Positions 35,597-48,530 of a stretch of 64,000 bases of DNA are shown here, one piece after another. Each line of letters opens with the position of its first letter. The stretch's first letter is position 1. The notes below the pieces were generated by a model that did no database searches, was not told where the DNA came from, and saw only the letters and a program-made list of their open reading frames with translations. The DNA is taken from positions 1-64,000 of the forward strand of contig JAXLNO010002062.1 of assembly GCA_038087875.1 (NCBI GenBank), given 5' to 3'. The DNA comes from Malacoraja senta (taxonomy: Eukaryota). The position numbers and the translations under genes were made by a program.

Positions 35597-36789
35597 ATGA
35601 ATTATTTTTTCCCCTTCCATTTTTCGTAACTGATGTGCTAATAGTTTTTGTGGTTTGTCTCCAAACTCAAAATGTAATTGTTTGTTTTTTGATAAAGTTT
35701 TATTACTTGTTCTGAATACATTTTGTTTAATTTATATTTCAATACAGCAATTTTATTATGTTTTAAAATAGATGGCATTCTCGCATTTTCTATATCTTGT
35801 TGCTTGATTTCCCTTTCCAATGTTTGTTGTTTAATCTTGTTCTCTTTATTATAAAATACTTGAGCAGAAATTAATGCACCTCGAACAAACGCTTTAAACG
35901 TTTCCCACATAAGAGAAGTAGGTGTGTCAGGGTTGTCATATACCACAAAAAATATTTGAATCTGTTTAGTAAGATATTCTTCGCATGATCTTTCGTTCAA
36001 AATTTGTGGGTTAAATCTCCAATATGTTTGTTTCTCGGACATTCCATTTAATTTAATCATGAATGTTACAGGTGCGTGATCTGAGATTATAATATTATGG
36101 TGTTTTGAGTTGTAAGTAAATGGGATAAACGTGGAGTCAACTAAAAAATAATCTATTCTTGAGTATGTTTTATGTACTGGTGAGTAAAATGAATATTCCC
36201 GTCCAGTTGGATTTTCAATTCTCCAGACATCCTTAATATTAGTGGTATTAATAAATGAATTTAAAAATACACTTGATTGAGATTTTACTTTTTTTTGCCT
36301 TGATGATCTATCTAAGTATGAATCTAATGTGCAATTGAAGTCTCCTCCAATTATTAATTTATATTGTGTAAATTCAGGAATTATATTAAATGTTTTATTA
36401 AAAAACATAGGGTTATCAAAATTAGGCCCATATACATTAAGAAGAATCACTTTCTCTCCATTTAACTCTCCAACTAATATAATATATCTACCATCAATAT
36501 CCGCTATTGTTGATGAATTCGTAAAAGGTATTCCTTTACGAATTAATATTGCAACTCCTCTGGACTTATGGGAAAAAGAGGAATGATATGATTCAGCGAT
36601 CCACTTAGCTTTAAGTCTATGTTGAGATTCCTTTTTAAGGTGTGTTTCTTGAAGGAATATTATATCTGTTTTGATTGAATTTAGATGTGCCAAAACTTTA
36701 CCTCTCTTAATTGGTTCATTGATTCCCTTAACATTCCAACTACAAAATGTTATTCCCTGACCCCCTCTTGTCATATTAACATCTTGCAT
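35597..36789 (-). pseudogene. L1-X ORF2, 5' part (APE endonuclease), 1-bp frameshift near 35690
   Basis: SWNVKG, LQETH, GGDFN, SRIDY, SDH; the shifted frame resumes as KQLHFEFGDKPQKLLAHQLRK up to the L1-Y TSD. Confidence 0.92.
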
Positions 36790-37169
36790 ATTGTTTCTAA
36801 GGTGGTCTATAACCGAGCAGAAGGTGCAACACATAAAACCTGACCCTGCTCCCGAACCTCGAATAGATGAATTTAAAATCATATACATCGCTCTTCCGAA
36901 CACATCTCCTTGAATTAGTCTTGTTGTTCCATTCAAACATTAAGTTATAAAAATATTTAAAGTGAAAAAAGTGATAGAATTGGTTAGTATAGGGTGAAAG
37001 AAAAAAAACTACATCTACAATTAGTGTAGTTAGTGATAGCCACACTAACGTGGCTAGAATTCTAAAGACTTCCGTAGCCTTTGTAAAAAAAAAATTCCCA
37101 GCTCTGTGCCCGAAAAAAAAAAGAAAGAATATTTCTGACAATCAATTAACTTCTTTGGGAGTAGCAAAC

Positions 37170-37200
37170 ATATATATATACCCATACATACACACACACA

Positions 37201-37246
<46 letters not shown>

Positions 37247-37270
37247 CATATGCATACATATATACGCACA
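37170..37270. repeat. (TA)n/(CA)n microsatellite in the L1-X inter-ORF spacer
   Basis: Direct inspection. Confidence 0.9.
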
Positions 37271-37860
37271 TATCCCTGCAGAAAAGTCCGAAAACAACAT
37301 AAATTCACAACGTTATTATTCTGTACATACCATATTAATATCTTCGCTAAATCTATAAATTTAATTTTAAATTGAAAAATAAAGAGAAAAACCGTCAAAC
37401 CTTATTATGACGTAGGCTGAATTACCTCTTGCACATCTTCCTGTAGAATATAAGTATGTAACTCATTTCTACGTTAACCAGAGATTGTTAGTTATTAATC
37501 ATTGTTATCGATCATACCCAGTATTAAATTTTTATGAGTAATATAAATGTTAATAATTTTAGTAGTAATATAGATATTTAATAAGTATTAGCAGTTACAT
37601 ATATAGTTAGATATGAATATACTAAATAGTAATAGTGATTAATAACAATTGGTCACAACTATGATATTATTGTTCTTAAAGTTTATACTAAAAATAAAAA
37701 AAGATTTAAAAAAAAAAAAAAAAAAACACGGTTTTCTCCAATGTCCACCGTCCATTTCGGTTTTCGAATGTCCTTAAAGCTCTTAAAAGAACTTTAAAGG
37801 TCCTTTTAAATCTGGTGAAGTCCCGTTAATCCTTGACTCCTGAGGAGTAATGTAAATTCT

Positions 37861-38922
37861 TCAGTCTGTGGTCACGTTCCCGATTTCTTTGGCATATTCC
37901 AGTGCTTTTTCATGGTCTGTAAAAAATTGCTCCTTCTGCTTGTAGGTGACTCTTAGTCTTGCGGGGTAAAGCAAGCCGTATCTCAAATCAGGTACCTTCT
38001 TCAGTATTCTTTTTGTCTCAGTGAACAGTGCTCTTTTCTTGAAGACCTCTGCCGGATAATCTCGGTAAATACTGAACCTCGCACCTTCAAAATAGAGCTG
38101 TCCGCTTCGGACGATTTTCTTCATTATCTCGTCAAATTCATGATCAAGTTGCACCTTTACTATAATTTGTCTTGGATGGGCATCATCTTGTGTACGACGC
38201 CCCTGCGCTCTATGTGCTCGACCGAGTGAAGGTTTTTGATCCAATTTTAAGGCTTTTTGTAGTAGGTCTGCCACAAAATCCCGAGGGCCCATTTCCCTCT
38301 CACTTCCTTCTTTCACCCCTACAATTCTTAAATTCTTGCGTCTTTGACGCCCCTCCAAATCGGTACACTTATCACTTAATTTGATCACCATACCGGAGAG
38401 GCGTTGGTTTTCAATAAGGAGTCGATTTACAGTTTCCTCACTTGTCGCCGCCCATTTCTCAAGTTCGGTTATCGCTGTTCTATGTTGATCAAGTGCTTGA
38501 TGAATGGGGACCACCTCCATATTAGCGTTCGATTCCACCGAAACGAACCTGGCTTCCAGCACTTCCATCTGTTCCTTGACCTCATCGTCCCTCGAACTCT
38601 TCCAGACTTCCAGTATTTCTTGAACGGTAGAAAGCATTTCTGCTTTAAAATCTACCTTAAAAGAGTTAAGTTCCTCTTTAACATTCAATTTTCCTTGAAA
38701 GGTTTTCAACTGTAGTTGAATCTGTTTAATTTCAACAGCGAGAAAAGTTTTAAGAACTTCAATTTCAGACTTTTTCTGCTTTGATTTCTTCGTTGGGTCT
38801 TCCTGGGCCGTCATTGTACCTGAGGCCGAGGCCTCTGTTAGGCCTACCTCTTCCATCGGTGGTTTCCCTTTAACGGGTTTTTTTGGCACACGGGGGGGGG
38901 GGGGGGTATGTTGCGTCGACAT
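37861..38922 (-). CDS. L1-X ORF1, 353 aa, open
   Basis: RQRRKNLRIVG, RAHRA, PRQIIVK, IYRDYP and LYPARLRV motifs. Confidence 0.93.
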   Translation of the reverse strand: MSTQHTPPPPRVPKKPVKGKPPMEEVGLTEASASGTMTAQEDPTKKSKQKKSEIEVLKTFLAVEIKQIQLQLKTFQGKLNVKEELNSFKVDFKAEMLSTVQEILEVWKSSRDDEVKEQMEVLEARFVSVESNANMEVVPIHQALDQHRTAITELEKWAATSEETVNRLLIENQRLSGMVIKLSDKCTDLEGRQRRKNLRIVGVKEGSEREMGPRDFVADLLQKALKLDQKPSLGRAHRAQGRRTQDDAHPRQIIVKVQLDHEFDEIMKKIVRSGQLYFEGARFSIYRDYPAEVFKKRALFTETKRILKKVPDLRYGLLYPARLRVTYKQKEQFFTDHEKALEYAKEIGNVTTD

Positions 38923-39840
38923 ACCGTCAAAGTCGCGCGCCTGATGACGTCACGCGGCAGGCAGCCGTTCAGATCGCGATCGCTGCAGGTAAGACCCGAT
39001 TTTCTCCCGTTTTCAGATTCTTCGGCACGGAGCTAGTTGGTACTGGACTCAAGCCTCCATAGCGCCACCGGAAGTCAAGTTAGCTCGTTTTTATGGTCAT
39101 ATAAATCCTACCTGTGACAGATGTAACTCTGAAGTGGCATCACTGACCCATATGTTTTGGTCCTGCCCTCTTTTGGAAAAATATTGGAAATAAATTTTTG
39201 ATACTATTTCGGTAGTCTTAGGTATAGATTTACAACCTCATCCTATTACTGCAATTTTTGGGTTACCAATGTTAGATTCTATTCATTTGTCCCACTCCGC
39301 CCATCGGTTGATTGCTTTTACCACATTAATTGCCAGAAGATTTATTTTCATTAAATGGAAAGATTCCAACCCTCCGACCACACTCCAGTGGTATTCTGAA
39401 ACGATATCATGTTTAAATTTAGAAAAAATCAGAAGTGACATTGTTGAACCCTTGATTCAATTTGATAAGACTTGGGGAAAATTTATTGAACACTTTCATA
39501 CAACATAAATTGTTCCCTCTTTAACCTTTATAAAAATTATTTTACCTTCATAGGGTGGAACGGACTTGACGACAAACAGACGTAAATTGTTGAATTTCTC
39601 AGTTCAGATTTGGTTTTGCTTTGTTTTGTTTTATTTATTTATTTTATTTTTATTCTTATTTTATTATTATCCAATTTTTTTTATTTTTTTTTAGTTTAGG
39701 GGGGTTTTGTTTTTTCTTTTTCTTTTTGTCTTTTTATCTTTGCTTTTTTTTTACATTTATGTTTCCTTTTAAAGATTTAACTATATTTACATAGAGATGG
39801 AGAGGTCTATATTCATTGTGTATTTTGACACTGGTCTCAT

Positions 39841-42800
39841 ATTTTACTTCGGAATCACGTGAGTGACTATGTGAAGAACCCCGCCAGTGCGCCTGCGCGT
39901 CATTACGTCATACGCCTTGTCGCAAACGGACGTGAGGAGCAGAGCTCCTCAGTGGATTTGTAGTTTTTTAACTACAAGGTAAGTAAAAACTTTTTTAGTA
40001 TTTTTTCATGTCCGTTTACTGTGGGTCTGTGGGGATTTCTTCCACAGATGCCATGGGGAAAAACGGGCAGGGGGAAGAGGCGAGCGACACAGCCGACAGA
40101 AAGTCGGGAAAGTCGGGAGTCTGCGGGTAGCGACCAACCGCCTCTAACCCCGGTACAGTCGTCAGCGGTGAGCATAGCGACTGTGGACCTGGGGCAGTCA
40201 ACGCCTGTCGGGCGCAAGGCCAAGTCCGAATTGAAACGGGCCACGGAGGAGGAGTCCCAGGAAATGGAAGCTCCAGGGCTAGATACTGCTTTTAAAGCGT
40301 ATTGCCCAAATGGAAAGCCTGCTACATAGGCTGTTGGAGCAAAGCACACTCAGGTAAGAGTGTACTGAAAACCAAGCTGCTGGAAGCAGCTCAACAGCTC
40401 CTGGTTCAGGGCTGATAGAATGCACCCTCAGGGATGAGGAGCGTGCCACGGGTCATGAGATTTCAGACCCTGATTCTGACGGTGAGGCTCTATGTGATTT
40501 GTCACAGTAGCCGTGATGTACGTGATGTACAGATGTTCCACCCCTGGCAGTATGATTCGCTGCCCCGTCAGAGTCAGGAGAGCCATTAGAAGAGAATTGG
40601 CCTCCCTAATAAATTACTTGGTTTCCCATCAGCTGGAACAGCAGGAAATGAATGAGAATGCAAGAAAATATGAGTTGAGTATGATTATGAGAACTCAAGA
40701 ATTGAAATGGCAGAGAATATTAAAGCTGCTGGAATAACTGCTTTGCCAGAATAGCGGATAAAAGCCAAGAGATGACGGAGTTGCATCAGAAAGCACTGGG
40801 GTTGCTATGCAGCACCCACTTCGAGATCAATTGTCCGAGGAAAGGTGCTATACGGCCTATTATGAATCCGAAATTCGCAGCACTCTGCAAACCAAGTAAT
40901 GTACAATTACCCAACTTACTCTTTGGAGAGGATCTCGAGAGATGTGTTAAAGAGTTGGAAGATGAAGCGAAAACAGGATTGATGAAAACATCAATGGTTG
41001 AAAAGTCTGTAAAGCGGAATATCCTTTCAGATGTCATACGGATCCTGGACAGGACCAAGTCGCACATTAACGCAGGGACGTAGCTGGCGGCCTGCAGCGG
41101 GAGCAAGAACCAGTGAGGGTGCTTCCGGGAGAATCCAGGAATCTCAGAGTACTCAAATGACTCAAGAGGTAGGTGGACCTGGTTCTCATGGGAACATACT
41201 AACTGGATTAAGTCCAAAAGTTGGCGGCAGATTATGTCTCTTCTATAAACAATTGGAAGATTACTTCAGATGTGGTAATTCTGAATAGTATACAAGGATT
41301 TCGAATTGAATTCAATCCAAATTATGATTTGCCTGTCCAGCATGTTCCTAGCAGAATTCTCCACTTCTTCGGCATGGACTTGAAAGGCCGAGATGGCCTG
41401 TTTTCCTGCTGTAATTGTCATATGGTTTGCACAAAAAGAAGTGATGGAGGTTCAAGCTGCGTTTCAAACCCTATATATAAAATGTGTTATTGAAGAATCA
41501 GTCTACCAAATTCACCAATTTGTGTTAAATATATTCCATCGATCAAAAAAGGATTGAGGATGTGGGATTATTCTAGACTTGACAAGTCTGAATCCTTTTG
41601 TTTAATTTAAACATTTTAAAAGAGATATTTGTGACTGCCAAACAACTTATTTCAGAAGCATGTCATATGGCAACTATAGATTTAAAAGATACATATTCAG
41701 TATCTTAAATTTACATGGATGAACCAGTTATGGCAGTTCAAAGCTTTGCCTAATCGGTTAACGTCCGCTCCCAGAATATTCACAAAATTATTAAAACCAG
41801 TTCTGGGGTTGCTAAGAAGCCAGGGGCATGTACTAGTGGCATATTTTGGATGATGTGCTGATAATAGGAAGGACAAAACAGTCAACAGAAGCATCTGTGG
41901 CAGTTGTGAAATCAACTTTTGAAAGTTTGGGGTTTCTAATTCATCCAAAGGAATCAAGGTTAACACCATGTACCTCGATTGATTATTTGGGGTTCACAAT
42001 TGATTCAGTCCAAATGAAAATTACTTTGCCCAGTGAAAAAAGGGTGGAGTTGATTAAAGATTGCAGTAATCTGGTAAACGAGCAAAACCCCTCAATCAGA
42101 CAGGTGGCTTGAGTACTGGGAAAATTAGTAGCAGCATTCCCAGCAGTCCAATTCGGACCATTACATTATCAACAGCTGCAGAGAGTTAAAGAACAGGCAC
42201 TGAGAATGCATGTTGGTCATTTTGATAGAACCATGCAACTGACAACAAATGCTGTTTCTGATCTGCAGTGGTGGATTCTACATGTCTCAAGCAGTTCCAG
42301 CAGAGTGCTGATTGAACAAACCTTCCATGATATTACAAACAGATGCCAGTACACTAGGATGGGGTGAAACTGACTTAGCATCTAGCTGCGGAGGCAGATG
42401 GAATCAGGAAGAGTCATTGTTACTGCAGACATGGGGAGTTAACTATTTGGAGTTTTAGGATGTTTCTATGGACTCCAAGGTTATTGTTCTAACACAACTA
42501 AAAGGCATGTCCAAGTTCAGATTGATAAACACAACAGCAATTGCCTATATTAATGATATGGATGAAATCAAGTCAGGGTCATGTGACAAAATGGCTAATC
42601 AACTTTGGACTGGGTGTATTGAAAAGAATATTTGGATTTCAGCTATCTATCTACCAGGTAGAATGAACACGATAGCAGACACCAGGTCACGAAAGTTCCA
42701 TGATAATAAGAATGGATGTTGAATCGAGAGGTATTCAATGATATAGTAATCAGATTTGGAATGCCCAACATTGACTTGTTTATATCTAGGCTGAATCATC

Positions 42801-44860
42801 AGCTATCGAGATATGTCTCATGTGAATCAGATCCAGGAGCAGTGGCGATTGATTCTTTCTCGCTACATTGGAGTGATATGTTGTCATATATATTTCCACT
42901 TTTCTGCCTTATAAGCCAGTGTTTGCTTAAAGTCAGGCAAGATGCTGATTCAGGTGTATTGGTAATACCAGATTGGCCTACACAGCCATGGTATCTGTTG
43001 ATATTAGAATTAACAACACAAATGTTGATGAAAGTCCCCAAAAGGAGTAATTTATTGCTGCACCCTGTAACAGGGAAACAACATCCATTATATCGACCAC
43101 CCCGGGCCGCGGTGTTTGAGCCGCGGGAAACATCGCCCGGGGGGTATCGCCTCAGCGCAGAGGGAGAAGAGGAGGGAAGAGACTGCAGACCTAAGACTTT
43201 TGCCTCCATCACAGTGAGGAGATGTTGGGTGGACTCACTGTGGTGGATGTTAATATGTGTTTATTGTTGTTTTATGTATGACTGTTGCAATTTCGTTCAG
43301 ACTTCGGTCTGAATGACAATAAAGGGCTATCTAATCTAATCTATCTAATCTAATGATTGTTTGGATTTGTTGATTTGCAGGTTTAAGAAGGCCTTTTCTG
43401 GGGCGAGGACTGTCTGAGCGTACTGTGGACATGCTTACGGCAGCCTGGAGGAAGAGCACTCCAAAAACAGTACCTTTCTTATATTAAGAAATGGGAAAAG
43501 TTCTGTGTACAAAAGAATTTGCAATATAGTACTGCAGATATTTCAAATGTTTAGAAAATCTGTCAAAACTCTATTATGATGAAGGTCTGAGTTGTAGTGC
43601 AATTAATTCAGCCATAAGTGCATTGCCCTCATATTTGGTTCTGGATTCAGAAATAAACCCAATTGGGTCACACCCAATTCTTTCCAGACTAATGAAAGGA
43701 ATCTTTAATTCCAAACCACCGAAACCTAGGTACATGACAATCTGGGATGTAAGTGTGGTACTGAAACTACTTCGTGAATGGTCACCAAGTGTGTCTTTAC
43801 CTTTGGTCAAGCTCAGGATGAAAGTATTCATGCTTATGGCATGAGTGACTGCACAACGAGTGCAAACACTTAGAAAATTACAAATAGATACTATGGAAGT
43901 AACTGAAGACAAGGTTACATTCTATATCTATGACCTATTAAAGCAAATTAGGCCAGGTGTGACAGGATTTAAAATTATGCTAGCAGCATATCCAAATGAT
44001 CCTTGTCTCTGTGTTAAGACATATTTGTGACAATGCATTGAGGTCACAAAGCATTTAAGAAATACGGAAACTGGGTTGTTAATCACACACAAGAAACCAC
44101 ACAAGAGAGTTTCAATACAGACTATTTCCTGATGGATAAAAGAAGTCATAACAGCTGCTGATATTAACACTTATGTTTTTACGTCTCACTCGACTAGGGC
44201 AGCAGAAATGTCGGCGGCCAGGGCATAAGACGTCCCCGTCGACCATAACCTCGCAGCCGCCAGATGGTCCAATGAGTTGATGTTTCAACATTTTTACCAT
44301 CGGCCTATTGTTAATGCGGGATTGTGTGCAGAAACTATTTTAAGTTCTGTGTAAATTCCTCTGGTTTAAAGGGGATCTGATTAATTTCATTATTGAAATG
44401 AATGACTGCATTTGTGGTACAAATGTTATTATGAATGCATGATTGATTATTCTCGTTCCGAGTCAATCTATGCAGTGAGAAGCCGGGATTGATCTACGGC
44501 ATGAAATCACAAAGCTTTAAAATCTTCACGTAGTAACTCACGTGACTCCGAAGTAAAATAGTAAGATTAAACGAGAACTTACCTAAGTTTGAAGTTTGAT
44601 CTTTATTTTATGAGGAGTTACGTAGGTGATTACGTGCCCGCCATGACCCTACCCTCTATCATAAAGGTCAGATTGAAGTTCTTGTATTACTCGTTTTATT
44701 ATGAGACTATATTACTTCGGTTGTTGTTTTTTGTGATTTCACACCGCTGCTTTGAAGATTGGCGCACTGGCGGGGTTCTTCACGTAATCACCTACGTAAC
44801 TCCTCATAAAATAAAGATCAAACTTCAAACTTAGGTAAGTTCTCGTTTAATCTTACTATT
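39841..44860 (+). mobile_element. Second full-length DIRS1-type element (DIRS-B), all ORFs decayed, inserted in the L1-Z 3' UTR
   Basis: Same terminal sequences as DIRS-A; ICR 44523-44636; ATT at both junctions; RT (FKALP, IDYLGF), MT (DLFISRLNHQL) and YR (AQRVQTL, HSTR) fragments. Confidence 0.94.
43094..43354 (+). mobile_element. 3' end of the GC-rich non-autonomous retroelement, inserted in DIRS-B pol
   Basis: Interrupts HPLY|DCLDLLIC; carries the CCATCACAGTGAG hairpin, AATAAA and a (TCTAA)n tail. Confidence 0.82.
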
Positions 44861-45009
44861 AGTTTATACCTGTTATTAATGTAATCATGATCCCTATGTA
44901 TCAATACCATTGTTATGTTTATCATTATTCTTTTTGCCCTGTTTTTTATGTTTTATTTTTGTTTTTGTTTTTTTGAAAAAAAACAATAAAAAGATTTTAA
45001 AAGAAAGGT

Positions 45010-45545
45010 ACTGAATAAAAAAGTTGGGATGTTCTGCTACAGTTGTACAAGATGTTGGTGAGGTCACATTTGGAGTAATGTGTTAAGTTTTGGTCACTCC
45101 ACTATCGGAAGGATGTCATTAACAGGGCCTGTGATTCAGGGAGAGGATGAGAATGCTTGGACTTTAGTCCTTGGCATGCAAGAGGCTGAGGGGTGATCTT
45201 ATAGAAGTTTATAAAATCAAGGAGCATAGATAGATTGAATGCACGGAATCTTTTAACCAGCCTTGTGTAATCAAGAACCAGAGGACTTAGGTTTAAGGTG
45301 AGAAGGAAACGAGTTACTCGGAACCAGAGGAAGTGGAAATATGGAAGAACATTCCAGCGGAAGGAGTTGAGGCAGGTATTAAAAAACATTTAGAACACAC
45401 TTGGACAGGTACATACTGTAGATAGGAAAGGTTCAGTGAGATATGGGTCAATTGCAGGTAAATTGTAGTTTAAACATGGCATCTTGGTTGACATGGCCAA
45501 GTTGAGGTGGCCATTTCCATGCCGTATGACTCTATGGCTCCGTGG
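45010..45545 (+). mobile_element. CR1 LINE 3' fragments
   Basis: LLQLYKMLVRSHLE remnant and a CR1 3' tail. Confidence 0.7.
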
Positions 45546-46084
45546 GCTTGAAAAGCCAATTCTTTTCCGTTTCACTGCTACATGATAGTTAATCACCCTC
45601 ACTAATAGTGACCACAATGGCAGACCCATGACCACGACTGGTTTACAGTGATAATAAGCTAACCATTGCCTCAGTTCAAATATGCATGTCGTTGATGTTC
45701 AATGACTAAATTGTTGCTGCATTCTTAGTTTTGGCAAGGTTCTGATCTGGGTGCTGGAGCTGTTGGACATCTTGATACCATGAAAGCAGAACCTCCGTTT
45801 CAGGAAATATACTTGCTGAATGGTGCCTCAGACCAGAAATGCCAGGGAACATTGTATTTTGAAGAGGAAATATTACACAACCAAGGCCAAGTGCTCGAGA
45901 AAGCTGCACGTCTGTTATTTCAATGAAAACTCTGCTCTTCATCCATCTTGTCATTTTGATCACCCAGTTTAGTTTATAATATTGTATAACATTTGCAATC
46001 AATTCTCACAGTTTATGACATTTACAGCTGGTGTGAAGATGCATCAGTAAATACCTTCTGTCTTCCAATTTAGTTTATTTAATA

Positions 46085-48170
46085 GAAAGATAGAAACATA
46101 AAAAAATAGGTGCAGGAATAGGCTATTCGGCCCTTTGAGCCAGCACCGCCATTCAATACAATCATGGCTGATCATCCAAAATTAATACTCCGATCTGGCT
46201 GTTTCCCCATATCCCTTGAATCCCTTAGCCCTAAGAGCTAAATCTAACTCTCTCTTGAAAACAGTGATACAGTGTGTAAACAGGCCATTTGTGCCACCAA
46301 ATCCATACTAACCAGCAATCACCCATTCATAATAGATTTCCCATCCACCCCCTACACTATCAGGGTGACTTACCGAGGATGATTACCTGCACACCTGCTC
46401 ATCTTTGGGATATGGGAGGAAACCGGAGCTCCCTGAGGAAGCCCACATAGTCACAAGGAGAACATGCAAACTCCACGTAGACAGTACCCGAGGTCCAGAT
46501 TGAACCTGGGTCTCTGGCGTTGTGAGGCAGCAGTTCTACCAGCTGCACTACCATGCTGCATTACGTACAAACTCTAAATCCTGCACTGACTTTCCCTTCC
46601 ACTTGTTATATTCAACACAATAACTCCTTTACACAGGAGGAAAGTGAACTGCAATTCATCACCAGAATATATCTTACAACAGTGTGATCACAGGCAAGAA
46701 ATCAGTGATATAGATGACTTTGAATTTACACTAAAACCCTGATCATCCAGCTCTCTTGGGATTTGGGAAATGGTAGATTTTAAGGACTGCTGCATGTTAC
46801 TCCAAACATACTTTAATTCAACTAATTTAAGCACTTGTTGAGCAAGTCAGTGGTTGAGGTGCATCTGTACACTACTATCAGACTTAAGCGGAGGAATACC
46901 CATTGTAATTTGCCTGAAGAGTCTCGAACCAGATTGTCACCTATCCATGGTCTCCAGGGATGTTGCCTGACCTGCTGAGTTACTCTAGCACTGTCCCTCA
47001 CAGTCTTTCCCAATCTTATAAATCAAAAATAGTCAACATCTTTCTACATCATAAAGAGTCATGGAAATATGCAGCATACAAACATGGCCTTTGTCCCACT
47101 GACCTGCACCAACCATTCATGTACACTAATCCTATATTTGTCCCACATTCTCATCAGCTCTCCCCACATTGTATCATGCACAATCTAGGGGACAACTAAC
47201 CTACCAAACCATGTTTTGGGGATGTGGGAGGAAACCAGAGCACCTGGGGAAACCCACATGGTCACAGGAACAACATGCAAACTCTACAGATACAACAGCC
47301 GATGTCGGTATTTAATTCAGGTCTCTGGCTCTGTGCTGCCCTGTTTCACATTGTAGTCCACCTGTCATGTTGTTGCTCATTCATTCGACTTTCCACATTG
47401 AACCATTTCTCCCACTACTCACATTCCCACTTAATTTTGAGTCATAGAAACATAGAGTCTTCCAGCAACAGCGGCCTTGGTGGCAGCTACTGAGTGCAGC
47501 AGTAGAGTTGCTGCCTTACAGCGCTTGCAGCACCGGAGACCCGGGTTCGATCCCGACTACTGATGCTGTCTGTACAGAGTTTGTACGTTCTCCCCATGAC
47601 CGCGTGTGTTTTCTCCGAGATCTAAGGTTTCCTCCCACACTCCAAAGACGTACAGGTATGTAGGTTAATTGGCATGGTGTGTGTGTATAGGGTAGTGTTA
47701 ATGTGCGGGGATCGCTGGTCAGCGCAGACTCGATGGGCCTAAGGACCTATTTCGTCACTGTATCTCTAAATTAAACTAAACAAAACTAGTAAATGTTAAA
47801 CTGCAACCAATCTGCCTCGTAGCTGACTTGGATCATGAACAGTGCGAGCCCCCAACAGAGCAGCACAGTGTCACAACTCGTAGAGCTGCTGCCTCACAGC
47901 GACACAGACCCGGGTTCAATTTTGACCTCGAGTGCCATCTATGTGGAGTTTGCATGTTCTCCGTGTAACCGCATTGGATCCCTCCAGGGGCTCCGGTTTC
48001 CTCACACATCCTAAGATGTGTCAGTTTATAGTTTAATTGGCCACTGTAAATTGCCCCTAGTGGGTGGGTGACTGGATGAGAAGGTGCAATGAGATAGAAT
48101 TCATGAGAACAGGTGGTTGGTGGTTGGCATGGACACGGTGGGCCAAAAGGACTGCTTCCATGCTGTACTT
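46085..48170. repeat. Cluster of CR1 tail and SINE copies (about 46085-46262 -, 46270-46560 -, 47040-47350 -, 47470-47790 +, 47860-48170 +)
   Basis: Each matches the SINE or CR1 tail consensus seen elsewhere in the window. Confidence 0.75.
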
Positions 48171-48422
48171 TTTAATGACTCATTGATATTTCTAGGATTT
48201 GGGGCAGTGAATCCATAATGTTTAACTTTTTTTTACACTGAATTCACAATTTTTAAATATCTGATTATCAGAAACATTTAACAACAGCACAAAGGCTAGT
48301 TGACAGTGGTGACTGTCGAGGCATTTCAGGTGTAGCTGCTGCCTTATCCTACTTGAGATCGATCATTTCTTCAAGCCCAATACCTTTACTAGCAACAGTG
48401 CATCACAATTTTTCCATCTTAC

Positions 48423-48530
48423 CTCTCCTCTTTTTTCTCCACCAAACAATTACTGCCAAGACAATAGCCAGCAATATCAGCACACACACGGCAATAAGGC
48501 CTATGTGCCTGTCTTTCTTCCTATTTCCTT
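48423..48530 (-). CDS. Transmembrane exon of the MHC class I-like gene
   Basis: TTTTTCAG acceptor and G|GTAAG donor; 108 bp, phase 1-1; EGNRKKDRHIGLIAVCVLILLAIVLAVIVWWRKKRR has a hydrophobic core and basic stop-transfer; 2.7 kb downstream of the Ig-C1 exon on the same strand. Confidence 0.75.

Larger units (their letters stand above)
26338..39076 (-). mobile_element. Middle L1 (L1-X), full length, interrupted by L1-Y
   Basis: 16-bp TSD AAGTTAGCTCGTTTTT at 26322-26337 and 39077-39092; poly(A) tail with AATAAA; 5' end GACTTCCGGTGGCG. Confidence 0.93.
21410..45005 (+). mobile_element. Outer L1 (L1-Z), decayed and interrupted by L1-X/L1-Y and DIRS-B; 5' boundary approximate
   Basis: ORF1 remnants, then ORF2 (APE, RT YADD). 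The reading HRAHMSKDKLARFYGHINPTCDRC is continuous across the 26337/39077 junction; the 3' UTR is continuous across DIRS-B to an A-rich end near 45000. Confidence 0.88.
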
